DNA of 36,343 nt from a virus. Lineage: Duplodnaviria > Caudoviricetes. The notes beneath the pieces are model-generated. The model did no database searches, was not told the DNA's origin, and was given only the letters and a program-made list of their open reading frames with translations. Location of the stretch: positions 1 through 36,343 of IMG/VR virus record IMGVR_UViG_3300031655_000018, one strand, 5' to 3'. Below, piece after piece: positions 25,505 to 36,181 of this stretch. The translations under genes and the position numbers were made by a program. Each line of letters starts with the position of its first letter. Positions within the stretch are counted from its first letter, which is position 1.

Positions 25505-27625
25505 ATGGCTTTTAATTGGGAAAACATGACCGATGAGCAGAAGGCTCAGTTCGGTGCTGCTCTTAGCTCTAATGAAGAGTTTAAGGCTGCTGTCGAAGAA
25601 CAGGGTATGATGTCTAGTCAGGAAGACTTAACTCCTTTAGAGACACTCAAAGCAGGTCTTATTGAGATTAACGGTAGGTATGATGAGGCTACTGCTGTTA
25701 AGAATGCCACTATGCAAACTGAGGCGGCTGAAAGAAGGGCGTACCAAGAGGAAACAGGTACTGTCAATTATGACAAGTGGTGGAAGCCTGATGTATTCAG
25801 CTCCTATACAGACATTGATGCACAAGCCGAAATACTTAAGCTCCTTAACGCTAATGGGTTCTCCTCTGCCGAAGACCTTAAGACGTCTGTAAGCGGCTCT
25901 CACAACGATACCTTCATGAATCTAGGTATAGGAAATGCCCTGTATGATGATAAGTCATCTGGGTTTGAGCCGAGGGGAGGAGACTCTCGTGATGTTAACA
26001 TAGAGGGCTGGTACGGAATGCCCGTGGGTGAGTCTACTTTAGTAGAGCAGGGGCCAGAGCCTGGGTTATTTTCTGATGCGATGTTTGAGGTAATAGCTTC
26101 CGTGCTCGGGCCTGTAACAGGCGGTTGGTCTGTTGCCGCGCTTAAGGCCTTACAAGCTGCTACAGGAACTACGCTACATGGTGGTGATTATATTCAAGCC
26201 GCTGCTTCATATGTTCTAAACAACCTAGATATGTTGAATGCCGGAGAAACGGCTTTAACTGCTGAACAGATAGCATCAGAGCAGGCTGCATTTGAGGCCT
26301 TTGAAGCTGCACAGGCTCTCGATACAACAACTAACTTTGCATCACTTGGGTTATCTGAACTGCCCTCCACGGCCTCTACATTATTCACTGAAGGGGCCTC
26401 AAGTTTACCTACCCTAGCTGAAACAGCCCGACAGGCTGCTGAAGTAGGGAGAAACTCCGGAATAATAACGAACCTAACCACTACAGGTACAGACCTTGCC
26501 ACTAACGGAGCAAGAGTATGGGACTGGGGTAATCAGGCGTATAATTTCTTTGATGACATACAGGACGCAAGAAAAGACAGCCAAGGCGTGCCTAATCAGG
26601 TAGACCAGCCTGCCGGTTTTCGCCCTGTTACTGAAGAAGTTGAAGAAGTTATTCCTGAAGATACAGTAGATGATGGAGGAGGAGGAAGCTCCTCAGAAGT
26701 AGCATCTACCGACGAGAACATTGTTAGTGAACGAGAATTAACCTTGGGCGGCGGTGGATTAGAGAGCCCTTTTGATACTAATAGTACGCCTATTGTTGAT
26801 GAGACCTTAGGCACCCTTTTTGACGGAGGGCAAGACGAGACATACGGAAGTACCGAGGAAGACCCCACTATAAATGAAGGCGCTGGGTGGGAGTTCCTTG
26901 GCGGTGATAGATGGCAGAATATTAATGATGGGCGTATACATAGAGAAGCACAGGACCCTAATTCAGGAAGCGGCTCTACGAAAGTAGGCTCAATACACGA
27001 GTTTCCTGAGTATACTTATGATGAGCCTAGTGTAGTTGATAACACAGGTAGGACGCTTTCTTTGGGAGGTTTATCTGACGAAGACAGAGAGAGGCTTGAG
27101 GCTATTTACAATCCAGATAACTGGGAAACCTTGTCTACAGAGGACTCACCTCCCGACGATGACCCCACAAGTCCTATATCCCCCGCAATACCCTCAGGCC
27201 TCATAGGTTCCACAGGAGAGCTTATAAGTGAGATGCACGCAGAGGACATGAATGCCGACGACCTTCTTCGTGCAGGGCTGGGGGCCACTTTAGGAAATAA
27301 CCCATACTTCCCTAACGGAACCACAGGAGGCGGACTTACCTTAGGTGGAGCAACTCCTGGAGGGGTTACAGGTCCAGGAACAGCAGGAGAAGGCCCTACC
27401 GACACAGGAGATACGGGAACAGGGCCAGATGGTTCGGGTGAGGGAACGGACGGGGATGGTCCCGGAGGAAAGGGGCCTAGTGGCTCTGGCGGCTCTGGAC
27501 AAGGAGCAGGAAACAAGTTCGAACCAAACTACTTAGGTCTCTTTGATGTACTCGGGATAAACCGTCTGCCTCCACAGCAGGGATGGATTGCACCTAACAA
27601 CTCACAAGGAATGATTAAGCGATGA
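25505..27625 (+). CDS. Large acidic low-complexity protein, probable internal virion protein
   Basis: 706-aa ORF with AGGA RBS, one hydrophobic segment, acidic and Gly/Pro/Thr-rich C-terminal half. Function inferred from position. Confidence 0.55.
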   Translation: MAFNWENMTDEQKAQFGAALSSNEEFKAAVEEQGMMSSQEDLTPLETLKAGLIEINGRYDEATAVKNATMQTEAAERRAYQEETGTVNYDKWWKPDVFSSYTDIDAQAEILKLLNANGFSSAEDLKTSVSGSHNDTFMNLGIGNALYDDKSSGFEPRGGDSRDVNIEGWYGMPVGESTLVEQGPEPGLFSDAMFEVIASVLGPVTGGWSVAALKALQAATGTTLHGGDYIQAAASYVLNNLDMLNAGETALTAEQIASEQAAFEAFEAAQALDTTTNFASLGLSELPSTASTLFTEGASSLPTLAETARQAAEVGRNSGIITNLTTTGTDLATNGARVWDWGNQAYNFFDDIQDARKDSQGVPNQVDQPAGFRPVTEEVEEVIPEDTVDDGGGGSSSEVASTDENIVSERELTLGGGGLESPFDTNSTPIVDETLGTLFDGGQDETYGSTEEDPTINEGAGWEFLGGDRWQNINDGRIHREAQDPNSGSGSTKVGSIHEFPEYTYDEPSVVDNTGRTLSLGGLSDEDRERLEAIYNPDNWETLSTEDSPPDDDPTSPISPAIPSGLIGSTGELISEMHAEDMNADDLLRAGLGATLGNNPYFPNGTTGGGLTLGGATPGGVTGPGTAGEGPTDTGDTGTGPDGSGEGTDGDGPGGKGPSGSGGSGQGAGNKFEPNYLGLFDVLGINRLPPQQGWIAPNNSQGMIKR

Positions 27626-28410
27626 CATATCTTGAACTCGTAAACGCAGTACTTATTAGGCTGCGTGAAGATGAAATCACAGGAAACGCCAGCAATCCTT
27701 CGGGCTTTTTGCTCGACACGTACTACAAGTCTATTGGTGCTCATGTAAATGACGCAAAGGACCGTGTAGAAGATGCGTGGCAGTGGGGGGCTCTCCGTGC
27801 AACCGATACGTTTGAGTTATCCCAATCAAGCCTACAGGTGTCTGGTCCTAATATTGCGCTGCCTAATAGCCTAGATAGTAACTATATTATTAAAAACATA
27901 AACATCTACAAAAACAGCACATCAGCAGCCACCTTCACTGGAGCCCGTGGTAGTCTTACGTGGACAAATGTAGACCAGATGAACTCCTACTATCAGAATC
28001 CTGATGCAGCCGCTAGAGGGGCACCTAGCTTCTTTGCTGTAACAGGTGCGGCCCAGACAACGGGCTTGTTCCCTTTTGGTGCAGCACAAGCAGGACAGCT
28101 CAAGTGTACTCTGTTCCCTTATCCTACAGACGAAACCTACTGGATTGAGATTGACCGAGTAGCACAGCAGGCACACCTTGTTCTTCCTGATGACCGACTT
28201 TATGTCCCTTCACTCCCCGTGTTTACATTAGCTACTGCGCTTGCCTCGCGGGAGCGTGGGGAAGTTGGAGGGGCACCCACTTCAGAGTTGTTTGCTTCCG
28301 CAGACAGGCACTTGGCTGACGCTATCTCCGTTGATAGTGCGTTGTACGCCAATGAGCTTGATTGGTATACCAACACCAACGAAAGCAACACCAATGTGAG
28401 ATTTGCCTAA
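27622..28410 (+). CDS. Head-tail adaptor / tail tubular protein A-like
   Basis: MTYLELVNAVLIRLRE...VNDAK..VEDAWQW, LFPYP, A..ERGE.GG. Confidence 0.8.
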   Translation: MTYLELVNAVLIRLREDEITGNASNPSGFLLDTYYKSIGAHVNDAKDRVEDAWQWGALRATDTFELSQSSLQVSGPNIALPNSLDSNYIIKNINIYKNSTSAATFTGARGSLTWTNVDQMNSYYQNPDAAARGAPSFFAVTGAAQTTGLFPFGAAQAGQLKCTLFPYPTDETYWIEIDRVAQQAHLVLPDDRLYVPSLPVFTLATALASRERGEVGGAPTSELFASADRHLADAISVDSALYANELDWYTNTNESNTNVRFA

Positions 28411-30014
28411 TGCCTCAGATGCAGAGAAACCTTAATATCGGGGGTCCGGGATTTGCGGGCCTTAACACACAGGATTCTCCTATTGAACTTCCCGTAGCTT
28501 TTGCTGCCGTAGCTAACAACTGCGTCATTGATAGCTTGGGACGTATTGCTGCCAGAAAAGGTCTTGCTCAGTACACTCAGAATCCTGACATACTTAACGG
28601 AAACCCGATTGAAGCAACAGAATCCTTTACCTCAGAAGCAGGTGTTGAGTGGTTATTTGCGTGTGGCGATAATAAAATATTTTACCAACAGCTTGTATCA
28701 CCTTTTAATTTAGTTGTTCTCACACTTCCTGCTAGCGTAACCGTAACAGGCAATAACTGGCAGATTCAGTCTTTGAATGACCAAGTATTCTTTGTTCAGG
28801 CAGGACAGTCTACATTGGTATTCACAGCTACTACAGGGGTCCTTACGGAACTTACTTTTGTAGATGAAGCCACTACCGGATTCCCTAGCTGCTGCACAGC
28901 CGCTTATGGCCGCATGTGGTACAGTGGCTTTGATAATGACCTTTCTGTTGTTATGTGGTCCGCTCTTCTTGACGGAGACAATGTAACAGGATTAGCATCC
29001 TCATTAGATTTGCGGGATGTGTGGCCTAGTGGTTATGATATAGTCAAGGCACTTCACGTACACAACAACTTCATGATTTTCTTTGGTGAACGGTCTATTG
29101 TCTTATACTCCATAGACCCTGCTGGACCAGCTCAAGCAGGCACTCAGCTCGTAGATACAGTTGAGGGCATTGGCTGCATCTCAAGGGACTCGGTGCGTAC
29201 CTTAGGTACAGCTATTTGGTTCCTTGATGCCACAGGTATTAGAGACTTCGGAAGGACTGTGCAGGAGAAGTCGCTGCCTATTAGCGATATCTCATACAAC
29301 GTAAGGAGCGACCTTAAGTTTGCTGTGTCGCTAGAGGACACTGATAATATTGGTTCTGTATACGACCCTGAAGAAGCTCTTTACGGCCTGTTTCTTCCAG
29401 CCTCACCTAAGACTTACATATTCGACACGCGTAGGCGTCTTGAGGACGGTACTGCTAGAACAACTCAGTGGACGAATACTACGCTAAGGTGTGCTACTCG
29501 AGCGGACATCCGTAAAACATGGTACGGCGGTAAGGGTGGTTTATTTGAGTATACAGGCTATAGTGACACGTTAAAGCCCAATAATTCAACGCCTACTGAA
29601 GTTAAAGGAATCCCTGTACAGTACCAAACACATCCTCTTACTTTCGGGGAACCTGCTAATGTTAAGTTCCCTAAACAGGTGGACGTAGTTATTATTGGTG
29701 GAGCGGGACAGTCTTTAACACTTGACTGGTCTTTCGATTACTCTACCAACACAAAGTCATCAACAAAAACCCCTCCGGGTTCTAATGTTCCAGGATGGTA
29801 CAACCTTAATGTTCCCGCTATTCCAGACACAGACGCCCTAACTCAGTATGACCTTAACGGTAACTACAATGCCGGGTCTTCAGTAAGGACACTAAAGTAC
29901 AACATATGGGGTTCAGGAAATAACATCACATTGGGATTTCAGACAGAGAATTCTAGTTTTCCATTCAGTTTTCAGGAACTTAACATTCAGGCCCTTATGG
30001 GAAGGATTTTGTAA
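28410..30014 (+). CDS. Tail nozzle / tail tubular protein B-like
   Basis: PGFAGLNTQDSP...NCVID..GRIAARKG, GIGCISRDS. Beta-rich, follows the adaptor gene. Confidence 0.8.
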   Translation: MPQMQRNLNIGGPGFAGLNTQDSPIELPVAFAAVANNCVIDSLGRIAARKGLAQYTQNPDILNGNPIEATESFTSEAGVEWLFACGDNKIFYQQLVSPFNLVVLTLPASVTVTGNNWQIQSLNDQVFFVQAGQSTLVFTATTGVLTELTFVDEATTGFPSCCTAAYGRMWYSGFDNDLSVVMWSALLDGDNVTGLASSLDLRDVWPSGYDIVKALHVHNNFMIFFGERSIVLYSIDPAGPAQAGTQLVDTVEGIGCISRDSVRTLGTAIWFLDATGIRDFGRTVQEKSLPISDISYNVRSDLKFAVSLEDTDNIGSVYDPEEALYGLFLPASPKTYIFDTRRRLEDGTARTTQWTNTTLRCATRADIRKTWYGGKGGLFEYTGYSDTLKPNNSTPTEVKGIPVQYQTHPLTFGEPANVKFPKQVDVVIIGGAGQSLTLDWSFDYSTNTKSSTKTPPGSNVPGWYNLNVPAIPDTDALTQYDLNGNYNAGSSVRTLKYNIWGSGNNITLGFQTENSSFPFSFQELNIQALMGRIL

Positions 30015-30015
30015 C

Positions 30016-30231
30016 ATGGCTATAGGCGATTACATTTACTCGAACACACAAACATCTTTCTCAACCCGAGATAGTCTTCCCGCAGGGGATGCAGCTAAGC
30101 TTGTTAAGGGTGTGTACCATGAGATTGAACTTCAGGCAATTCAAGCCGCAATGGATAATCAAATGAACTCAGGGACACCTTCGATGACAGGCACACTATC
30201 AACGGGTATAATTAGTGGAGGTACGTTCTAA
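30016..30231 (+). CDS. Short tail-fibre anchor protein
   Basis: FSTRDSLPAGDAAKLVKG...E.QAIQ.A resembles the fibre N-terminal anchor of related podoviruses. Ends ISGGTF. Confidence 0.6.
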   Translation: MAIGDYIYSNTQTSFSTRDSLPAGDAAKLVKGVYHEIELQAIQAAMDNQMNSGTPSMTGTLSTGIISGGTF

Positions 30232-31091
30232 TGGCGGGTTTATTCGAGAATCTTTTTCCGGGAGCCATGGGACTTTATGGCTACAATGAAATGTCAGATA
30301 AGTTTGACTCTCAGTTGGCGGGCCTTCCCGGGCAGATTAGTACAATTAAAAATGAGGTAAATGCAAATACAAACTTTACCCCATGGTCTGTTAGAAGTAA
30401 CATGGGAAACATCCAGTCTGACGCTGAGGGCATGAAGTACGACCTGAACTCTAGGGGCCAAGGCATCCAAGATAACATGTTCGCCACAGGTCAAGGTCTT
30501 TTAGGGCGTTCAGCACAGGACCCCTCAGGACGAGAGACTGACATCTATAACCGAATGAGGGCCGTACAGCAGCCTGAGGAAGAACGTCAGCAGGCACGTA
30601 TGCAGAACCTTGCTCAAGCACAGGGCCGAGGTGGTCTTCGTTCTGAGATGTACGGAGGAACACCTGAGCAGCTTGCTTTTGCTAAAGCTCAGGGAGAAAA
30701 CCAGAATAGTGCTATGTTAGGGGCTATGAGTCAAGCACAGGCCGAAGCACAGAACCAGTATGCTATGGGTAGTGGTATGATGTCACAGGGTTATCTGCCT
30801 ATGAACCAACTGCTACAGCAAGGCCAGTCTGGTCTTAATAACGCGCAGCTAGGTCAAGGGTACGACATGAACCGTGCTAACCTGTTAGCCCAGTTAGGTC
30901 TCGGTGAGATGGGTACGCAGACAAATATGTCGAACATACAACAGAACGCCTTAGGTAACATGGTCGGTGCTATGAGCGGTATGGCCAGCGGTGCTGGAGG
31001 AACCTTGGATTCGGTTTTAAACAGTTACGCAGGAAACCAATCAAGCGGTTTGTGGAAATTTATTGAGCAACTGACAGCGGCGGGAGCATAA
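30231..31091 (+). CDS. Putative DNA ejection (pilot) protein
   Basis: Gln/Gly/Met-rich, first of three large genes after the tail genes. Confidence 0.62.
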   Translation: MAGLFENLFPGAMGLYGYNEMSDKFDSQLAGLPGQISTIKNEVNANTNFTPWSVRSNMGNIQSDAEGMKYDLNSRGQGIQDNMFATGQGLLGRSAQDPSGRETDIYNRMRAVQQPEEERQQARMQNLAQAQGRGGLRSEMYGGTPEQLAFAKAQGENQNSAMLGAMSQAQAEAQNQYAMGSGMMSQGYLPMNQLLQQGQSGLNNAQLGQGYDMNRANLLAQLGLGEMGTQTNMSNIQQNALGNMVGAMSGMASGAGGTLDSVLNSYAGNQSSGLWKFIEQLTAAGA

Positions 31092-31092
31092 C

Positions 31093-32343
31093 ATGGCAGC
31101 AAATTTATCAGGAATGTTCGCACAACTGAACAACGCAGTAAACCGAAGCCCCCTTGCTCAGGGAGGCATGGGTGCTGGTATGTTAGACATGGCCTCTCAG
31201 GGACTAGGTGGAGCCATGGGTAATGTAACTGGAAGAGACCCCTATAGTTTCATGAGTCAGGGAGGTAAAGGAATACAGGGCCAGAAGGACCTAGCGGGCG
31301 GTGACCTGACCTCGGTAGAAGGCTTACGTAAAGCGGCTATCACCTACCAGCAGATGGGTAATCCGAGCGAAGCTCTTAAGCTCACGAATCAGGCTCAGGC
31401 CATGGAGGACAATCAGAAAAAAGAGATGGATGACGCCCAAATAAAGATGAATCTTGAGCTAGGTAAAAAGCAGGCCATGAAGATTGCCCTGCAGCGAGGG
31501 GACAGAGAGGCCCACGCGATGCTTAAGTCAGGCCACCTTGACCCCGGAAGTTACATAGCCACAATAAGTACCCCCACAAAAGGTGTTGTTGTTAATAAAT
31601 CACTCGTCAACCCCGTTACAGGGAAAGAGATGTACACAGGAGTCGGGGACCCTAAAGCAGAGTCTTTCTCCACACACGGGAAAATAGCGGAGGACTTAGG
31701 TTATAGCAAGGGCTCCCCTGAGTACCTCGCCTACATTGCTAAGCAAACAGAGATAGACGATACAGGAATACCTCTGTCCACAAAAGGGAAAGAGCTTAGG
31801 GACGCGGGTGCTGTTCCTGGAAGTCAAGAGTTCCAGCAGAAGATGTCCCAGCGTATTATGGCCGATAACCCTAGGGCGTGGGAGCAGTTTCAGGAGGTTT
31901 CCTCCACAATAGGAAACTCCCCTGAGTTCAAGAAGCACCAAGCTGACACTCTCAAGGCCCGCTCAGCCACTACTTTCTTAAGTAAAGCACTTGAGGGCAA
32001 TACTAAAGCAATTCCTCTATTAGAGTCCTCCATGGCCACCCTTATTCAGAGCAGCGTTAAAGCTCAGGCTGAGATTGAGAACATACGTGCCTCAAATGAT
32101 GTGGCAGGAAGGTTCCTCGACAGTGTGAGCAAAGGAATCACAGGGCAGCTTACTTCTGAAACATTAACGCAATATAGCTCCATTATTAGTGCTGTCCTAA
32201 AGGCAGCAGGCTCAGCTAAGTCTGATTATGTGAATAACCAGCTGAAGTCGGCCCGCACCGCAGGGATGCCTGAGGACGTAGTCAACAACGTAAGAGATAG
32301 TTTTGGGGTCACAAGTAACAGAGCTAGTTGGGCGGACAGATAA
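31093..32343 (+). CDS. Putative internal virion / ejection protein
   Basis: Helical 416-aa ORF in the ejectosome position. Confidence 0.6.
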   Translation: MAANLSGMFAQLNNAVNRSPLAQGGMGAGMLDMASQGLGGAMGNVTGRDPYSFMSQGGKGIQGQKDLAGGDLTSVEGLRKAAITYQQMGNPSEALKLTNQAQAMEDNQKKEMDDAQIKMNLELGKKQAMKIALQRGDREAHAMLKSGHLDPGSYIATISTPTKGVVVNKSLVNPVTGKEMYTGVGDPKAESFSTHGKIAEDLGYSKGSPEYLAYIAKQTEIDDTGIPLSTKGKELRDAGAVPGSQEFQQKMSQRIMADNPRAWEQFQEVSSTIGNSPEFKKHQADTLKARSATTFLSKALEGNTKAIPLLESSMATLIQSSVKAQAEIENIRASNDVAGRFLDSVSKGITGQLTSETLTQYSSIISAVLKAAGSAKSDYVNNQLKSARTAGMPEDVVNNVRDSFGVTSNRASWADR

Positions 32344-35015
32344 TGGAAACTACTGAAGCAGAGAAAATAAGTGACGTGACTCTCCCTAACGGGTTTGTGG
32401 TCTCTGATGTGCCTGATAGTGCCTCTAAAGAGGAGATTAAACAAGAAGCCCTTAAGAACGGGTGGGCCAAAGAGGAAGATTTTGCTGAAGCCCCTAAGGC
32501 GGAGGAGAACACCCCTGCTTCAGATAGAGGGTACATTGTTGACCAAGCCCTTAGGGGTACGGTCGATATGCTATCAAGCATCATGCCTGACTTTATTCAG
32601 AAGGACCTGTTGGGCATGGACTTCAAGGAATTTCAGAATGCCGATGGAACCTTCCGTGTAGCGGAGATGGACCAGTACATTAGAGAGAAGGAGGACGCGC
32701 AGGCATCTTCTCTTGTAGGGTACGAAGGTGTTCTCCCTAATAGTAAGACAGAGGAGATTGCGGGTGCCGCTGTACGTTCCCTTACCTCTGAGGGACCTCT
32801 GGCGGTAGTGGGGTCCCCTAAGACCGCTTTAGGCGTGGCTGGGGAGGTATTATTCTCTGCCACCGCCGCCGCCACAGGAGCAGCCGCACAGGCCGCGTCT
32901 ACTGTGGTAGGGAACAAGTGGGGTCTACCTACTTGGGGCACCGAGATACTCGGGGCTGTAACAGGGGCTGTAGCCACCACAGGGACAGGCCTAGCTCGTG
33001 GGGCTGTACAGACAGGGGCAGCGGCCGGCTCAACCTTGATTAAGAATAGGAACAAGGCCGTAGAGACAGTAGACTCAGTTACCGACTATGTGGTTGCCTC
33101 TGAGATGAAGACTGTAATAGATAAGGCCACCACAGCACAGCCTAATATTGAGGCAGTAATCCACGCAGTTAAGGAACTAGAGGGTCAGATTCCTGGGCTC
33201 ACAGTTCCTCCTGCTGCCACGTTAGCCGACAACCCTATTTTTAAGAAGAACACGGAGCAGCTCTTACGTACCGACCCTTCTTTCTTTGCCTCAGCCAAGA
33301 AGTCCCTGACGGACGCAAAGGAGGCCATAAACACCCGTAAGGAGCAGCTGTTTGGTAAGGCGGGACCAGAAACAGATAAGTTAATTAGAGACAGTCTCCC
33401 CAAAAACTTCACAGCCCGCATAAAGTCAGCGGACAAGAGGATGAAGGAGACACAGGACCGTATAGATACCTTAGTGGAGAAGGCGTTGCCTAAGGGAGAT
33501 ACGGTGGCAGTAGGGCAGGCAATTGACAAACTTATGACAGCTAAGACTCAAGCTGTTAGAGATAAGCTGAGCCCGTTGTACGAGAACCTTATTAATAAGG
33601 CAGACAAGACCGCTGTTATGATGGAGCCCACTGGCGTAAGGAGGGTACATCAGGTGGCTGAGATTATGAAAGTAGGGGACAACTTTGCCTCCTTCCCTGA
33701 ACTCATGCTGAAGATACGCTCTGAGTGGCAGCCTACTGAAGGACAGGCCTTCAACAAAGGAGCTGAGTACCCTGAGGTGTCCGCTAGGGAAGTGGATAGT
33801 CTGAAGAGGGCTATAAACAAGTCCCTTAGGCAGACGAAGGACCCCGACAAGGTACGTATGCTCAACATGATTAAGACAGAGCTACGTGGAAGCATTCAGC
33901 AGAACATGCCTGAGTCCTTTGCCAAACCTTACGCAGACCTTGACGCACAGTACTACACTGAACTGGGGGTTCCTATGAACACACAGGGCGTTCGTCAGCT
34001 GGACTCTACCCGCTTCGCAGCACAGGCAGGAGAGTACCTCTCGAAGCCTGAGCAGTCCGCCGACTTCTTAAGTTTTGTAGGGGAGTCAGGAATCCCTGTT
34101 GTGCGTGACGCGATTATGCTTAAGATGGAGAAGGCTGCTATAAACAAAGATGGGCAGTTAGACGGAGCTAACCTCCAGAGGTTTATCCGTAGGAACGCAC
34201 GCTCCCTTAAGCAGGTTCCGGGACTGGCCAATGAGCTAGGGGACCTCGGCCGTACTGTTCAGAACCTCTCGGAAACAAGGGCAAGGATGGATGCAGATAA
34301 CATAGTACGTTCAAAGGAGCTAACAGAAGGCTTCTTGAAAGGGATGCATGGTAAAAAGCTGGAGGGTGTGGTGGTGGAGATACTTAACTCCCCTGCGAAC
34401 AGTGCCAAGTACATGAGGGACCTTAAGAACTTCACCCCTGAAACAGCTAAGCTCATCAAGCAGGGCGTGAGGGCAGGTATACTTGAGAACGGAATGACCT
34501 CTAATGGCAAATCTATGCTGGAGTTTATCCAGTCAAACAAGAACGTTATGGATACATGGTTTGGCAAGACTTACTCGGGTGATGTGAGAGCCCTAGCCCT
34601 TGCCTCAGACCAGCTAAACAAACTGGACTTAGACAAAATGCGCTTTGCTGTTGACTACAAAAGCTCTGACGTTCTCTCCGAGAAAGTAGGCATAAGTATG
34701 ACTCAACTACAGTCTATCGCAAGAGACAGGATAGTAGGGTTAGGTACTAAACTCGCGCTTGTAGGCTCTAAGATAAACACAGCAAGCACAGCCAAGAAGC
34801 GTGACTCACAAATGACGGAACTCCTACTTAACCCTGAAGCACTCAAGACAATTAAGGAAGTAGCGGAGAGTAAGAGACTAACAATAACCAACCCTCAGCT
34901 AGTGGAGAAACTAGCCACTACTGTACATGGGGCGGTGTCTAAAGGAGTGTATTTTGGAATCTCTGGTGCTGAGCAGGAAGCCGAACGTGCCCAAGAGGAG
35001 GATTATGAAAAATGA
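32343..35015 (+). CDS. Large internal virion / ejection protein
   Basis: 890 aa. N-terminal VTLPNG.V...VPD motif, Ala/Gly hydrophobic segment, long helical body. Confidence 0.65.
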   Translation: METTEAEKISDVTLPNGFVVSDVPDSASKEEIKQEALKNGWAKEEDFAEAPKAEENTPASDRGYIVDQALRGTVDMLSSIMPDFIQKDLLGMDFKEFQNADGTFRVAEMDQYIREKEDAQASSLVGYEGVLPNSKTEEIAGAAVRSLTSEGPLAVVGSPKTALGVAGEVLFSATAAATGAAAQAASTVVGNKWGLPTWGTEILGAVTGAVATTGTGLARGAVQTGAAAGSTLIKNRNKAVETVDSVTDYVVASEMKTVIDKATTAQPNIEAVIHAVKELEGQIPGLTVPPAATLADNPIFKKNTEQLLRTDPSFFASAKKSLTDAKEAINTRKEQLFGKAGPETDKLIRDSLPKNFTARIKSADKRMKETQDRIDTLVEKALPKGDTVAVGQAIDKLMTAKTQAVRDKLSPLYENLINKADKTAVMMEPTGVRRVHQVAEIMKVGDNFASFPELMLKIRSEWQPTEGQAFNKGAEYPEVSAREVDSLKRAINKSLRQTKDPDKVRMLNMIKTELRGSIQQNMPESFAKPYADLDAQYYTELGVPMNTQGVRQLDSTRFAAQAGEYLSKPEQSADFLSFVGESGIPVVRDAIMLKMEKAAINKDGQLDGANLQRFIRRNARSLKQVPGLANELGDLGRTVQNLSETRARMDADNIVRSKELTEGFLKGMHGKKLEGVVVEILNSPANSAKYMRDLKNFTPETAKLIKQGVRAGILENGMTSNGKSMLEFIQSNKNVMDTWFGKTYSGDVRALALASDQLNKLDLDKMRFAVDYKSSDVLSEKVGISMTQLQSIARDRIVGLGTKLALVGSKINTASTAKKRDSQMTELLLNPEALKTIKEVAESKRLTITNPQLVEKLATTVHGAVSKGVYFGISGAEQEAERAQEEDYEK

Positions 35016-35461
35016 CAGATACAGAATCCGTTATACCTACCTCTTTTATAGGTAGAGTAGGTCACCTCGAGAACCAAGTTGGAGGTATAGCAACCCAGCT
35101 TTCCTCCTATGCAGCCACACAGGACGCCATGGGGGCCAAACTAGAAGACGTGGCTAACTCTGTAGCTAAGATTGCGGACCACCTCAACGCCCCTAAGCCA
35201 CAAACACAGTGGTGGGCGTTAATCGGAGGTGTTATTGCAATTGTAGGTACTATCAATCTATTTGCAACACAGGCCCTGAATAACGCAAAAGAACTCACGG
35301 CTGTCCATGTGAGGTACCTTGATGAGAAAAGTACTTCACATGGTAAGCGGATAGCTAGTCTAGACTCCCGCATACGCTCAGTAGAGAACTCCGCCGAGGC
35401 TTCCAAGGTTTCACACCAAGCCATAGGTGACTACATTAAAGAACTAGGAGGTAGACCCTGA
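35012..35461 (+). CDS. Coiled-coil single-TM protein of the lysis module
   Basis: TM segment WWALIGGVIAIVGTINLF flanked by coiled coils, coupled to the holin gene. Confidence 0.6.
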   Translation: MTDTESVIPTSFIGRVGHLENQVGGIATQLSSYAATQDAMGAKLEDVANSVAKIADHLNAPKPQTQWWALIGGVIAIVGTINLFATQALNNAKELTAVHVRYLDEKSTSHGKRIASLDSRIRSVENSAEASKVSHQAIGDYIKELGGRP

Positions 35462-35853
35462 TGTCTATTTTAGAGATAATTATTGCACCGGCCATGAAAG
35501 TCCTGGAGAGGTTGATTCCAGATGCTACGGAAAGGGCGGCCGCTGTTCATGAAATTACCACCATGGCAGAGAAGGCCGCACATGAGCAGGTTAAGATGCA
35601 GCTAAAAGTCAATGCGGTGGAGGCTGGGCACCAGAATATCTTTGTGTCAGGCTGGCGTCCCTTCATAGGCTGGGTGTGTGGTACCGCCATGGCGTTTAAC
35701 TTTATTATGTTTCCTTTGGCGGCAGCCGTGTTCTCCCTTACGGTAGCTCCTCTTCCCTTAGAGACTATGCTTCCTGTCTTGCTCGGTATGTTAGGTCTTG
35801 GTGGACTACGTACTACTGAGAAGATAAAGGGAATTAAGCATGGGAAATATTAG
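35461..35853 (+). CDS. Holin, 3TM GTA-type family
   Basis: FVSGWRPFIGWVCG and LLGMLGLGGLRT.EK signatures. Confidence 0.85.
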   Translation: MSILEIIIAPAMKVLERLIPDATERAAAVHEITTMAEKAAHEQVKMQLKVNAVEAGHQNIFVSGWRPFIGWVCGTAMAFNFIMFPLAAAVFSLTVAPLPLETMLPVLLGMLGLGGLRTTEKIKGIKHGKY

Positions 35854-36181
35854 CAAGCACTTCGACAGAGAGGAGTTTGAATGCTCCTGTGGGTGCGGTT
35901 TTGACACCGTTGACGCTGTACTACTAAACGCCTTAGAGGCCATACGGGAGACGTGTGGGCCTGTGAGGGTCACTAGTGGGTGTAGGTGTGCTGACTACAA
36001 CCAGAGTATAGGTGGGGCTGTGAATAGCCAACATAAAAAAGGGAGAGCAGCCGACATTCAACTGTCAACCACGTCTCCCTCTGAAGTTGCTGAGCTTGCC
36101 TCTCAACTAGGTATGTCGGTAGGTTCTTATTCTACGTTTACTCATGTGGACTCAAGAACAGGTGTTCCTAAGCGTTGGTAA
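35840..36181 (+). CDS. Endolysin, peptidase M15A family
   Basis: HF...EFEC.CGCG, TSGCRC, SQH..G.AADI, FTHVD Zn ligands. Confidence 0.9.
   Translation: MGNISKHFDREEFECSCGCGFDTVDAVLLNALEAIRETCGPVRVTSGCRCADYNQSIGGAVNSQHKKGRAADIQLSTTSPSEVAELASQLGMSVGSYSTFTHVDSRTGVPKRW

Noticed and set aside
197-35424. Numerous antisense and nested ORFs in the six-frame track
   Set aside because: They are shadows of well-supported genes and break the strict two-arm strand pattern.
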